DNA of 34,781 bases. It comes from a virus. Taxonomy: Duplodnaviria > Caudoviricetes. The stretch spans positions 1 through 34,781 of IMG/VR virus record IMGVR_UViG_3300036821_000215, one strand, 5' to 3'. Below, one piece after another: positions 1-8,341 of the stretch. Below the pieces are notes generated by a model that was given only the letters and a program-made list of their open reading frames with translations, was not told where the DNA came from and ran no database searches. Position 1 is the first letter of the stretch, and every line of letters begins with the position of its first letter. The translations under genes were made by a program, and so were the position numbers.

Positions 1-867
1 ATGCAAAACATACTACATAATATTAAAACCAGCCTTCAAAACTTCTGTCTTATAGTTAAAAACATGAAATATGCCATTAATACTTTTGGTATATACCTTA
101 TTGGTATAGTTATATTTTCTATATTCTTTAACGAATCAAAGTTTGGCATATACAACATGGATTTTTGGCATGATTTCTTGATAAATGCCAATGCATCCAT
201 TCTTGATTTTCTCGTCATCGGCGTAGTCTTATATTATTTTGAAGCATCGAAACAAAATAAAGAATCAATTGGTGAATTATTGGAGGATTTGCAAAACTAC
301 TCCATACACTCATCTATTGAAATGAATATAAAAAAAATGAAAATAATAAGAAAGCTGAACTCTAAAAATGTAAAAAAGATAAACTCACTACGAATGAAGA
401 TGGACCATATAACAATTAAAAGAATTCATTTTACTGATTCAGAGCTTTCGGGACTTGACCTAACTAGCTCTCGCTTAGAGGAAGCTACCTTTACAGGATG
501 TAACATTCAAGCATTGATACTAAATAATGCAACATTGAAGAATGTTGTCTTTACTGATTGTAAAATCAGAAACATGAAGTGTATTAAAGCTAAATTATCA
601 AATGTAAAATTTATTAAGTGTAAGTTAGAAGGCTCAGATTTTAGTGAATCTTCATTAATAGCTTGCATGCTCAAAGGTTCTGATCTTAATAATGTGAACT
701 ATTTAAAGACTGACCTAAGAAATGGCAACATTAAAGATTGCACAAATATCAATATTATAAAACTAACTGAAGCAAAAAATTTGAATTATGTTGTATGTAC
801 AGAAGAGCAAAGAAGGGGGATTAAGCAAATCAAAGAAAGTGTGAAATTTACGGAGTTGGGGAATTGA
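1..867 (+). CDS. Pentapeptide-repeat protein with N-terminal transmembrane segments
   Basis: Two hydrophobic stretches (FGIYLIGIVIFSIFF; ILDFLVIGVVLYYF), then about 20 tandem pentapeptides (SELSG LDLTS SRLEE ATFTG CNIQA LILNN ATLKN VVFTD...). Very AT-rich; exact start uncertain. Confidence 0.85.
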   Translation: MQNILHNIKTSLQNFCLIVKNMKYAINTFGIYLIGIVIFSIFFNESKFGIYNMDFWHDFLINANASILDFLVIGVVLYYFEASKQNKESIGELLEDLQNYSIHSSIEMNIKKMKIIRKLNSKNVKKINSLRMKMDHITIKRIHFTDSELSGLDLTSSRLEEATFTGCNIQALILNNATLKNVVFTDCKIRNMKCIKAKLSNVKFIKCKLEGSDFSESSLIACMLKGSDLNNVNYLKTDLRNGNIKDCTNINIIKLTEAKNLNYVVCTEEQRRGIKQIKESVKFTELGN

Positions 868-1030
868 ACACCCTGACGGTGGATAAATCCACACGCTGAC
901 CCACATCTCTCCTGCTGAAAACAGTAACAACACGGCGGGAAAACGTCAATGAAATCCTAACATTATTGAGCTATTTTTGTGAACTGAAGCAATTCCCAGC
1001 ATGATAACGCCTTGGTGGTAAGGCATCAGT

Positions 1031-1049
1031 CAGCCACATATACCACATG
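1031..1049. promoter_or_regulatory. Candidate integrase arm-type sites (attR-side arm)
   Basis: CCACA at 1034 and 1043 (minus strand TGTGGTATA TGTGGCTGA) resembles the P2 Int arm consensus TGTGGACA; same orientation as TGTCCATA at the int 3' end. Confidence 0.35.
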
Positions 1050-1076
1050 TCTAAAAGATACTTTTATGTGTCTTTA

Positions 1077-1295
1077 TCACATCAGAAATGTTTGTTGTCC
1101 ATTTGATGTTGGGTGAGGCATCACTGCGTTGATATGCCCCGGCTTCATAATTGAGCCGTCGAATGACTCCATCGTCTTAAACGTATGTCCGCAGTTGATG
1201 TTCTGGCACTGATTATATCGCTCTTTGGTATTCTCACTCAGGTAACGGCTGGAGCGGGTATGCGCCGCATATTTGCAGATTGGACAATGGAACAT
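1077..1295 (-). CDS. ogr: Ogr/Delta-family late transcription activator (C4 zinc finger)
   Basis: MFHCPICKYAAHTRSSRYLS...RYNQCQNINCGHTF, 72 aa from ATG 1295, preceded by GAGGTG; downstream of D as in P2. Confidence 0.96.
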   Translation of the reverse strand: MFHCPICKYAAHTRSSRYLSENTKERYNQCQNINCGHTFKTMESFDGSIMKPGHINAVMPHPTSNGQQTFLM

Positions 1296-1378
1296 GATCA
1301 TCACCTCAAGGAATCGCTTTAATATGCAGCACATTCTAGCCACTAAACACATATAAAACAATGAGTTAATTAGGTAAA

Positions 1379-2545
1379 TCATTCTCCCTCTTTGCTTTGA
1401 TACTCCACATCTGAAAGCCTTACCTCAAGGTCTAAGGACGTCGTGTAACCACTATTACTGAGTGAGTGAACCACCTTAGCGATAATCCATGACTGGTCGT
1501 CTATGACGCGCTTAAACCCTTTAACCTGCACCGGCGTTTCAGGATATAAATCCGCGCGCCCGATGGCCAGATTAATGGAGAATTCCGCCACCCCGCGCTG
1601 CAACTTATCCCACTTTGCCGCCGCTGCGCGCATGGCCTGCGCTTTGCTGGCATAGATGGTGGTCAGTGCAAACACGTTATCCGCTTCACCGGCCATGTAT
1701 TCACCTTCTTTGGCTTCGGGTGTTTTGACAGCCGCCGCCTTGGCTTTAACCGGTTTCGCTTTGGGGTGTTGCAGTGCGCGCAGCTGTTTAAACTTGGGCT
1801 TTCGCTGGATTTTAACCTTTTGCTTTTTCGGCTTAGGATCTTTGGTATGTAACCATTTGGCCGTGACGCCGGTGTAAGCGCCCCGGTCAGCAATAGCAAA
1901 CTGATGCCGGTCACCGTCGGCTCGCTCAATCGTCATAGTCGGTATGGGCTTGCCGCTGGCGGTCGTGCCGCTTCCCGCTTTCAGAAAAAGTAACTTACCG
2001 GCTTTCACCGAAACATCCGCCCCGTTGCGCGTGGCCAGACGGGTTAAAAACTTGGCGTCAGATTCCTGAGACTGATCGATGTGCGGAATACTGATGGAGT
2101 TTAATTGCGGGGCTACGCTGGCCGTCAGCTTATTGCGCGCGGCGATTTGCTCCACCACCTGACCGAGCGTGGTGTCGTGGTAAGACATTTCCCGCCGTGA
2201 GTTAAGGGTGCCGCGAAAGTCAGCACTGCGTGCCCGGACGGTCAGCGTATCCGGCGCGCCACGGTGTTCAACTTCATCAACCGTAAATTTCCCCTTACCC
2301 AGCAGCGCCGAACCCTGCCAGCCCAAGAGCAGGGAGAGCACCGCGCCGCGCGCAGGCATCTCCACCAAACCGTCGCTGTCATCGAGCTCAATGTCGAGCT
2401 GGTCAGCTTCAAACCCCCGGTTATCCGTGAGCGTCAGAGATAACAGACGGGCGCTGATATCTTTCGTGATGTCATTACCCGCCTGCGTCAGCATAAACGC
2501 CGGTGCCAGTTTCGCCCCGGCATCGAGTGTCATACCCGTTATCAT
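1379..2545 (-). CDS. D: Tail/baseplate hub protein gpD
   Basis: LTDNRGFEADQLDIELDD motif; ATGA overlap with the U stop; P2 synteny. Confidence 0.95.
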   Translation of the reverse strand: MITGMTLDAGAKLAPAFMLTQAGNDITKDISARLLSLTLTDNRGFEADQLDIELDDSDGLVEMPARGAVLSLLLGWQGSALLGKGKFTVDEVEHRGAPDTLTVRARSADFRGTLNSRREMSYHDTTLGQVVEQIAARNKLTASVAPQLNSISIPHIDQSQESDAKFLTRLATRNGADVSVKAGKLLFLKAGSGTTASGKPIPTMTIERADGDRHQFAIADRGAYTGVTAKWLHTKDPKPKKQKVKIQRKPKFKQLRALQHPKAKPVKAKAAAVKTPEAKEGEYMAGEADNVFALTTIYASKAQAMRAAAAKWDKLQRGVAEFSINLAIGRADLYPETPVQVKGFKRVIDDQSWIIAKVVHSLSNSGYTTSLDLEVRLSDVEYQSKEGE

Positions 2546-3006
2546 GACCATACCCCCTGTACCGCCGAGCTGGCTTTATTCAGCAATCCGTCAGCCTGCG
2601 CCTGCAAGTCACCAAACATGGAAGTCAGGGTCTCATCCACGCGGGTGAGCGTTAGCGTAAATTCAATGCTTCGCGCGCTGCCATCGGAAAAGAATTCACT
2701 GCGGATTTCACTGAGGCTTTCTACAACGAACATCCCATAAATGGTGCCGGAGCCCTCAAGCAGCGGCCACGCCTTGCCCTCATCGGCCATCTGGTTAAGT
2801 ACCAGCAGTGACATTCGTCCGCCGGTGATTTCCGGCATCAGCACCCCTGACAGGGTGATTTTTTCCTCATTCACGCCGAGAAATTGCAGTGCGGGACGCT
2901 GGCCAACACGGCTGTTTGACGGCCAGCGGTAATCAACATTGCGTTGCAGGCTCTGATAAGGGACGGTCTGAAGCTGAAACACAAATAATCCGAGCGTTAA
3001 CATCAT
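2542..3006 (-). CDS. U: Tail protein gpU
   Basis: MMLTLGLFVFQLQTVPYQ...QFLG typical of GpU; between T and D. Confidence 0.95.
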   Translation of the reverse strand: MMLTLGLFVFQLQTVPYQSLQRNVDYRWPSNSRVGQRPALQFLGVNEEKITLSGVLMPEITGGRMSLLVLNQMADEGKAWPLLEGSGTIYGMFVVESLSEIRSEFFSDGSARSIEFTLTLTRVDETLTSMFGDLQAQADGLLNKASSAVQGVWS

Positions 3007-3018
3007 ACGAATATCTCC

Positions 3019-5469
3019 TTAGTCATAACCTAGCCGTGAGCGTAAATCTGCACGCCGCTGGCGTTCACGGGCTTCCAGCGCATCCATCACCTGACGGCTG
3101 GTATCCTGTGCGCCCATACCGGCACCGACGGAAATCTGATAATTGTTTTTGCTGTTATCGGTGTAAGAACGCCCGCCACCCGCCGACACAGGCACGTAGC
3201 CGTAACTGAATCCAAAATTACCGCCCGGCGGCTGGTACGGTTCTGAGCTGGCATCCCGAGAGACTAAGCGTTGATCGGTTTTGTCAGCGATTTTGCCAAT
3301 ATCTGCGGATTCACTTTTGATGATGCCGAGTTTATCAAGCAGCCAGTCAATGCCTTTACGCAGTTCGTTGAGTAACTTGAATGGCCAGCTAAACGCATCT
3401 GCAATACCTTGCCCAACGATTACACCCACATTTTTGAAATTATTCAGCGTATCCTGCGTAGCTTTCACTGGCGCAATCAGATCCTTAAACCATTGAATGG
3501 CGGATTTTAACTTCCCTCCGAGCGCATCAAATACCGGCTTGAGCGGCGCAAAAAGCTCTTTGATAGGCTCGAAGGCAACACCCAACCCCTCAACTACACC
3601 GGAGAAAAAGGCGCTGATAGGTTCCCAGTATTTACGGATAAGCAGAGCCGCAGCGACGAACAGCGCGCCGACGGCCAGCACTGGCCATGTTATTGCACCC
3701 AGCGCAGTGACAATGGCCGTTCCCGCCGTGCTGAATATCACCCCGAGCGTACCGGCGACGGCGATAATCGCATTAATGCCCGCTATCACCGGCCACGCGA
3801 TAAGACCAATTCCGCCCAGTACGCCGATGATGGCCAGCGCACCGGAGGCCACAGCAAAAAGTGTTTTCGTCAGCTCTGGATTGGCTTTCGTCCATGCCCC
3901 GATTTTCCCTAACCAGTCGGTGGCCGAGGTGGTCAGGCGGCGCAGGGTCTTATCCTGTTTCTCAAAGACCTCAATCTGTAAATCTTCCCATGCCGAGGCG
4001 AGGTTTTTTAAATCGCCGTCGAGGTTGTCGGTCTGGACTTTGGCGATACGCTCCGTGGTGCCGGCAGAGTCTTTAATCGCCCCTTGCTTCTCGGCAAGGT
4101 TGCCGTTGCCCGCAGCGGCTACCAGCTTAACCGCGCCCTTCATGGCCTCTTCACCAAAAATAACTTTCAGGTATTCAGCCTGCTGCGCGGTGCCGAGTTT
4201 GTTCTTTTTAAAAGACCGGTCAATCGACTGGAGGATCCCCACCACCGGCAGCATGTTGCCTTTTGCGTCTCGGGTTTTAATACCCAGCTCATTGAGCGCT
4301 GCCGGAGCCTGACCAACGGGAGCTTGCAGACGGCTGAAAATAGCGCTTGCTCCTGTACCGGCCATCGACCCTTTAATCCCGTTATCCGCCATCACGCCGA
4401 GCATGGCCGTCGTGTCTTCGATGCTGGCACCTGCCGCCTCAGCAATGGGCGCCACATATTTCATCGCCTCGCCAAGCTCAATCAGCCCGGTATTTGACGA
4501 GGTAAACCCCTTGGTCATCACGTCCGCTACGCGCTGAATTTCCGTGGTCGGCAGGTTAAACGCCGATTGCATATTGGTGATGATGTCGGCGGCTTCGGCG
4601 ATATCCACATCCGCCGCAAGGCTCAGGTTAACCGTGGATCCCGTTGCGGCCAGCACTGAATCGGCGTCATAGCCCGAGCGGGCAAGCGTGGTCTGCGTGC
4701 GGGCAACGTCGCCCGGAGAAAACGCCGTTGTCGCGCCGATATCACGCGCCTGCTTACGAATTTGGCCGAGTTTTTCATCGCCCTTATCGAGGCCAAGAAT
4801 GGCCTGCGTGCCTGACATCTGTTTATCAAAACCAATGCCCGGCGCGATAAACCGGGCTTCCCCATACAGCCCGGCGGCACCCACACCGACGCCAGCCATG
4901 CCCGCCCCGCGCGCACCGACGGCTAACTGTTTGCCGGAGTCATAGCGCTTTTTTACCGCACCGAGTCTGGCCTGCTGCGCACTGACGCGGGCAAGCGCAT
5001 CACGCTGACGGTTGAGCTGTGCCGTGGTCTCACTGACTGAGGTTTGCAGGCGGCGCTCATCGGCTGACAGCGTGCGCGTATTAATCCCGGCCTGCGCCAG
5101 TTCCTGACGCTGACGCTGCACCGATTGCCGCAGTCCGTTGTATTTAATTTGCAGGTCAGACGCGGCACGCTTGGCATCTTCCAGCGCCTTGGCCTGCGCC
5201 CGCGTTGGATTGGTGGTGTTTTTAAACTGGACAGCCAGCGCGGCGGCTTCCTGTTTTGCATTTTTGAGAGACTGGCCGGTAACGGCAAGCTGACCGCTCG
5301 TTTTACGAAAACCCTCAATACGCCCGGCTTGGGCGTTCAGGGATTTGAGGGAGTTTTGGGTATTTCGGATATCCCCGGACAGCGACTTACTCGCTGTCTG
5401 AATGGATTTAAACGGGCGACTTGCCTGGTCAACGGCCTTGAGCAGAACCTGCAACTTAACGTTACTCAT
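3019..5469 (-). CDS. T: Tail tape measure protein gpT
   Basis: 816 aa, Ala-rich helical protein with TP901-type core (ARDIGATTAFSPGDVA...LADNGIKGSMAGTG-like segment) and a hydrophobic region; start MSNVKLQ. Confidence 0.95.
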   Translation of the reverse strand: MSNVKLQVLLKAVDQASRPFKSIQTASKSLSGDIRNTQNSLKSLNAQAGRIEGFRKTSGQLAVTGQSLKNAKQEAAALAVQFKNTTNPTRAQAKALEDAKRAASDLQIKYNGLRQSVQRQRQELAQAGINTRTLSADERRLQTSVSETTAQLNRQRDALARVSAQQARLGAVKKRYDSGKQLAVGARGAGMAGVGVGAAGLYGEARFIAPGIGFDKQMSGTQAILGLDKGDEKLGQIRKQARDIGATTAFSPGDVARTQTTLARSGYDADSVLAATGSTVNLSLAADVDIAEAADIITNMQSAFNLPTTEIQRVADVMTKGFTSSNTGLIELGEAMKYVAPIAEAAGASIEDTTAMLGVMADNGIKGSMAGTGASAIFSRLQAPVGQAPAALNELGIKTRDAKGNMLPVVGILQSIDRSFKKNKLGTAQQAEYLKVIFGEEAMKGAVKLVAAAGNGNLAEKQGAIKDSAGTTERIAKVQTDNLDGDLKNLASAWEDLQIEVFEKQDKTLRRLTTSATDWLGKIGAWTKANPELTKTLFAVASGALAIIGVLGGIGLIAWPVIAGINAIIAVAGTLGVIFSTAGTAIVTALGAITWPVLAVGALFVAAALLIRKYWEPISAFFSGVVEGLGVAFEPIKELFAPLKPVFDALGGKLKSAIQWFKDLIAPVKATQDTLNNFKNVGVIVGQGIADAFSWPFKLLNELRKGIDWLLDKLGIIKSESADIGKIADKTDQRLVSRDASSEPYQPPGGNFGFSYGYVPVSAGGGRSYTDNSKNNYQISVGAGMGAQDTSRQVMDALEARERQRRADLRSRLGYD

Positions 5470-5641
5470 TGGCGTGTCCACTTCGTTCGATTGCCTTTGC
5501 GCGCCATTGTGCGAGCTCGGCGGGGCTCATCGGATAGAGCTCTGACGGTGGCCAGTGAAAGACCACCGCCACGTCAGCCATCAGGTCATCTACCCCAAAG
5601 TGGGGCGGGAACGTCAGTGTTCCGAATTCGGCGATAAAAAA
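5462..5641 (-). CDS. E': gpE' extension, reached by -1 frameshift from E (tail assembly chaperone E+E')
   Basis: MADVAVVFHWPPSELYPMSPAELAQWRAKA is the GpE' signature; this frame is open from the T6 run at 5636-5641. Confidence 0.9.
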   Translation of the reverse strand, partial: FFIAEFGTLTFPPHFGVDDLMADVAVVFHWPPSELYPMSPAELAQWRAKAIERSGHANE

Positions 5642-5916
5642 CCAATCACCTTGCCCGCCAGCGCCACAAGGTCTGGCAGATCCAGCGCGTTGCACTCTTC
5701 TTTTGTCAGGCTCGGGTAAGTGATGCGCGGCAGCACCACCAGCAGCGCATCAACCTGCGCATTAGCCACGTCAGCCAGACCGACGCCGCGCAATGCTCCG
5801 GCAGTGGGACGGATAACCGTCACCGAATCAATCAGGGTTTCGCCGCGCTTGAGGGGTTTATCCAGCATCACGACATTGGTGTTTTCGTCGGCGGTAGTCA
5901 GGTCTTTATTGCTCAT
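5614..5916 (-). CDS. E: Tail assembly chaperone gpE
   Basis: LDKPLKRGET...LRGVGL...LPRIT...VIGFL; between FII and T. Confidence 0.93.
   Translation of the reverse strand: MSNKDLTTADENTNVVMLDKPLKRGETLIDSVTVIRPTAGALRGVGLADVANAQVDALLVVLPRITYPSLTKEECNALDLPDLVALAGKVIGFLSPNSEH
5635..5641 (-). other. Programmed -1 frameshift slippery site TTTTTTA
   Basis: GGT TTT TTA in the E frame; the -1 frame runs into E'. P2 uses TTTTTTG at the equivalent place. Confidence 0.85.
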
Positions 5917-5973
5917 CAGATTATCTCCACATCAGGTTATGGGCGCGGCCAGCACTCACCGGCCACGCGGTAA

Positions 5974-6492
5974 TTACAGGCCGATATTGCGGCGGTGTTT
6001 TTCTAGCATGTCGTTGCCGTTGACGATTTCGACCATGTTCACGGTATCGATTTCAATCAGCGTATTACCGTCAATCACCAGCTTGTAATACGTACACTGC
6101 GTGGTAATTTTGCTTTCGGTGTCCTCGCCCTGTTTCATGTCGCCGGTGTCGATTTCTTTGTGACGCCCCCGCATGACGATTTCCACGGCGGAAGTATCGC
6201 CGGTGTCGTCGCGCTGGAATGACCCGGCAAAACGCAGCGGCACATCAGCCGCACCGGCGGCGGCATACTGCGCCCACAGGGTTTCATCCGGGAGCCCGCC
6301 CATTGACCACTCAACGGTCAGCGCGTCGTCGTCCAGCCCAAAATCCACCGGCGCGGAGCCGTTCATACCGCCGCCGCGATAGTTCTCAAGCTTGCGGGTC
6401 AGCTTGGGCAGCGTGACAGACTGCACCACGCCCATGTAGCTCAGACCGTCGTTAAACAGGTTGAGGTATTTCAGTTTGCGAGGAAGTGCCAT
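5974..6492 (-). CDS. FII: Tail tube protein gpFII
   Basis: MALPRKLKYLNLFNDG...YRGGGM, 172 aa. Confidence 0.97.
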   Translation of the reverse strand: MALPRKLKYLNLFNDGLSYMGVVQSVTLPKLTRKLENYRGGGMNGSAPVDFGLDDDALTVEWSMGGLPDETLWAQYAAAGAADVPLRFAGSFQRDDTGDTSAVEIVMRGRHKEIDTGDMKQGEDTESKITTQCTYYKLVIDGNTLIEIDTVNMVEIVNGNDMLEKHRRNIGL

Positions 6493-6503
6493 TGTGATTG
6501 CCC

Positions 6504-7691
6504 TTAGCTGTTAACGGATGCGGCCAGATTAACGAGGTAGGTGTCCGTGATACGCTGACGCAGGGTAAGGCTCTCCAGCGGCGGCACCGGCGTGTAGTCA
6601 TAATCGATATAAAGTTTCCCGGCTTTCAGGGTCTCTTTATCGTTGGCTGATTCATCAAACCAGCAGGTGCCGTCAATGATGTAGCCATTCGATTTGAGCT
6701 CACGGAATTTGGCGTTGATGCCGTCGATGATGTCGCGGATAAGCGAGGCGGTCATCGGTTTATCCACCGCCCACATATGCGCTTCGGCCATCGTGTCAGC
6801 CAGCACCTGCGCGGTGCGGGTGTAGTTCTCAAACAGGAAAAGCGGGTCATCAGAACAGGTGCGGTTACCCCAAAAGCGGAAGCCGTCTTTACGCACCAGC
6901 GTCGTGACACCGGCCTCATTGAGCAGGTCAGCATCGGTGCCGGATGCCTGCAAATCCCAAAACACCGAGGCGCTGATACCGGTCACGCCGTTAACGCCAA
7001 CGTTAGACAGGGTTTTATGCCAGCCGGTGTCTTGGTCTATTTTGGCGCGCAGACCTAACGCGCGCGCCGTGGCGTAGGCGGTAGAGCTGGCGTTTAGTTT
7101 GGTGTCCCAAGAAATAAAATCAGGCCAGATAAGCATCAGTTCACGCTGGCTGAAATTGTCCCGGTACTTAATCGCATCAGAGATCGTTTTGCATTCCCAC
7201 GCGCTGATATAGCCGAAAGCGCGCAGCGACTGACAAACCGTGGCCAGCGCCGTAGCAACTGCCTGCGGATCCAGCCCCGGCACGCCGAGAATGCGCGGTT
7301 TAACACCGGTGGCCGCTTCGGCGGTGAGCAATGCTTTCATGCCCGTATACTGACCATTTTCATCAGCCCCGCCGATGATGTTAGAAAGGGTTTCGGCGGC
7401 GGCGGCTTCCTCGTCTTCGTTTTCTGATTCCGCCACGCGCACCACAACGGTGACCGGCTTGCACTGGTCGCCAATGGCCGTCAGCGCCGGTAACAGCGTG
7501 CCGGTTTTCCCCGCCTTGCCCTGCGCTGCGATCACATCGGTGATTAACACCGGTGTGTTAAGAGGAAAAACTTTTTCGTCAGCATCGTTGGCCGTGCAGA
7601 CCATGCCAATAATGGCCGTGGATACGGTGGTAATGACGCGCGTTCCGTCGTTGATTTCGACGACCTGCACGCCGTGGTGAAAATCACTCAT
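6504..7691 (-). CDS. FI: Tail sheath protein gpFI
   Basis: MSDFHHGVQVVEINDGTR...GFRFWGNRT...YTPVPPLE. Confidence 0.97.
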   Translation of the reverse strand: MSDFHHGVQVVEINDGTRVITTVSTAIIGMVCTANDADEKVFPLNTPVLITDVIAAQGKAGKTGTLLPALTAIGDQCKPVTVVVRVAESENEDEEAAAAETLSNIIGGADENGQYTGMKALLTAEAATGVKPRILGVPGLDPQAVATALATVCQSLRAFGYISAWECKTISDAIKYRDNFSQRELMLIWPDFISWDTKLNASSTAYATARALGLRAKIDQDTGWHKTLSNVGVNGVTGISASVFWDLQASGTDADLLNEAGVTTLVRKDGFRFWGNRTCSDDPLFLFENYTRTAQVLADTMAEAHMWAVDKPMTASLIRDIIDGINAKFRELKSNGYIIDGTCWFDESANDKETLKAGKLYIDYDYTPVPPLESLTLRQRITDTYLVNLAASVNS

Positions 7692-7721
7692 CGGCTTAAC
7701 TCCGTTAAAATAGGCAAGGTA

Positions 7722-7780
7722 ATTTTGTTGTTTAACGGGAGTCAGGGCGAGGGATGAGCGTTGGGAGGGAGTCAGTACAA
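7722..7780 (-). promoter_or_regulatory. Ogr-dependent late promoter pF
   Basis: TTGTACTGACTCCCTCCCAACG (7759-7780), 31 nt, then -10-like CAAAAT (7722-7727); same geometry as pV, pO and pP. Confidence 0.75.
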
Positions 7781-7786
7781 CAGGCG

Positions 7787-7807
7787 AAAAAAAGCCCCTT
7801 TCGGGGC
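7787..7807 (-). terminator. Rho-independent terminator of the V-to-G operon
   Basis: Minus strand GCCCC-GAAA-GGGGC-TTTTTTT just after the G stop. Confidence 0.9.
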
Positions 7808-7813
7808 AATGAT

Positions 7814-8329
7814 TTATTCAGGTAACAAAGGCCAATCAATATCTGGAGCCAGAGATAAATCGAGTCGATTCAGCGAGACTCGATACTTTTTCCAGACAGT
7901 CAGACTTTCCTGTTCGTCGTCGCTTGCATCAGCAATATCAACAGCATCTTGCAGCGGAGCAATGGCCGCAGTTGCCACCGCCATTAATGCATCACGCTTA
8001 TTTTTCGCCAGTTCAACCAGTTCCGCTGTCGTATATTCTCGCGCTATAATTTTCTTTCCGTCGAAAGCCCATCCACCATTAATATCTACGTTATCCGGCA
8101 CCGCATCGGGAGCTATCTCAGCAACTGAATTACCCGCAGGCCAAAGAGACGAAACATCATTACTCATCGAAACAATCACACCCTCAGAATTGAATATGAT
8201 TTTTAAAGTATCGTCTGCAAAGTTCTTTTGAGATTCATACCAATCAGCGCCGGTTTCGTCTATGGCTATCCCGATGATCATTCCATTGATATCAACATTT
8301 TTTGCGGTGAAGTTTTTCATAATAATCAT
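7814..8329 (-). CDS. G: Tail fibre assembly protein (gpG/Tfa-like)
   Basis: DETGADWYESQ N-terminal motif and C-terminal IAPLQDAVDI...WKKYRVSLNRLD...DIDWP motif; follows the fibre gene. Confidence 0.9.
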   Translation of the reverse strand: MIIMKNFTAKNVDINGMIIGIAIDETGADWYESQKNFADDTLKIIFNSEGVIVSMSNDVSSLWPAGNSVAEIAPDAVPDNVDINGGWAFDGKKIIAREYTTAELVELAKNKRDALMAVATAAIAPLQDAVDIADASDDEQESLTVWKKYRVSLNRLDLSLAPDIDWPLLPE

Positions 8330-8341
8330 TTTACTATTTCC

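Noticed and set aside
1720-1850. Lys/Pro-rich insert in gpD
   Set aside because: Similar basic low-complexity loops are usual in P2-like gpD proteins
7692-7813. Moron at the Z/fun locus between G and FI
   Set aside because: Only a terminator and pF are present; no room for a gene
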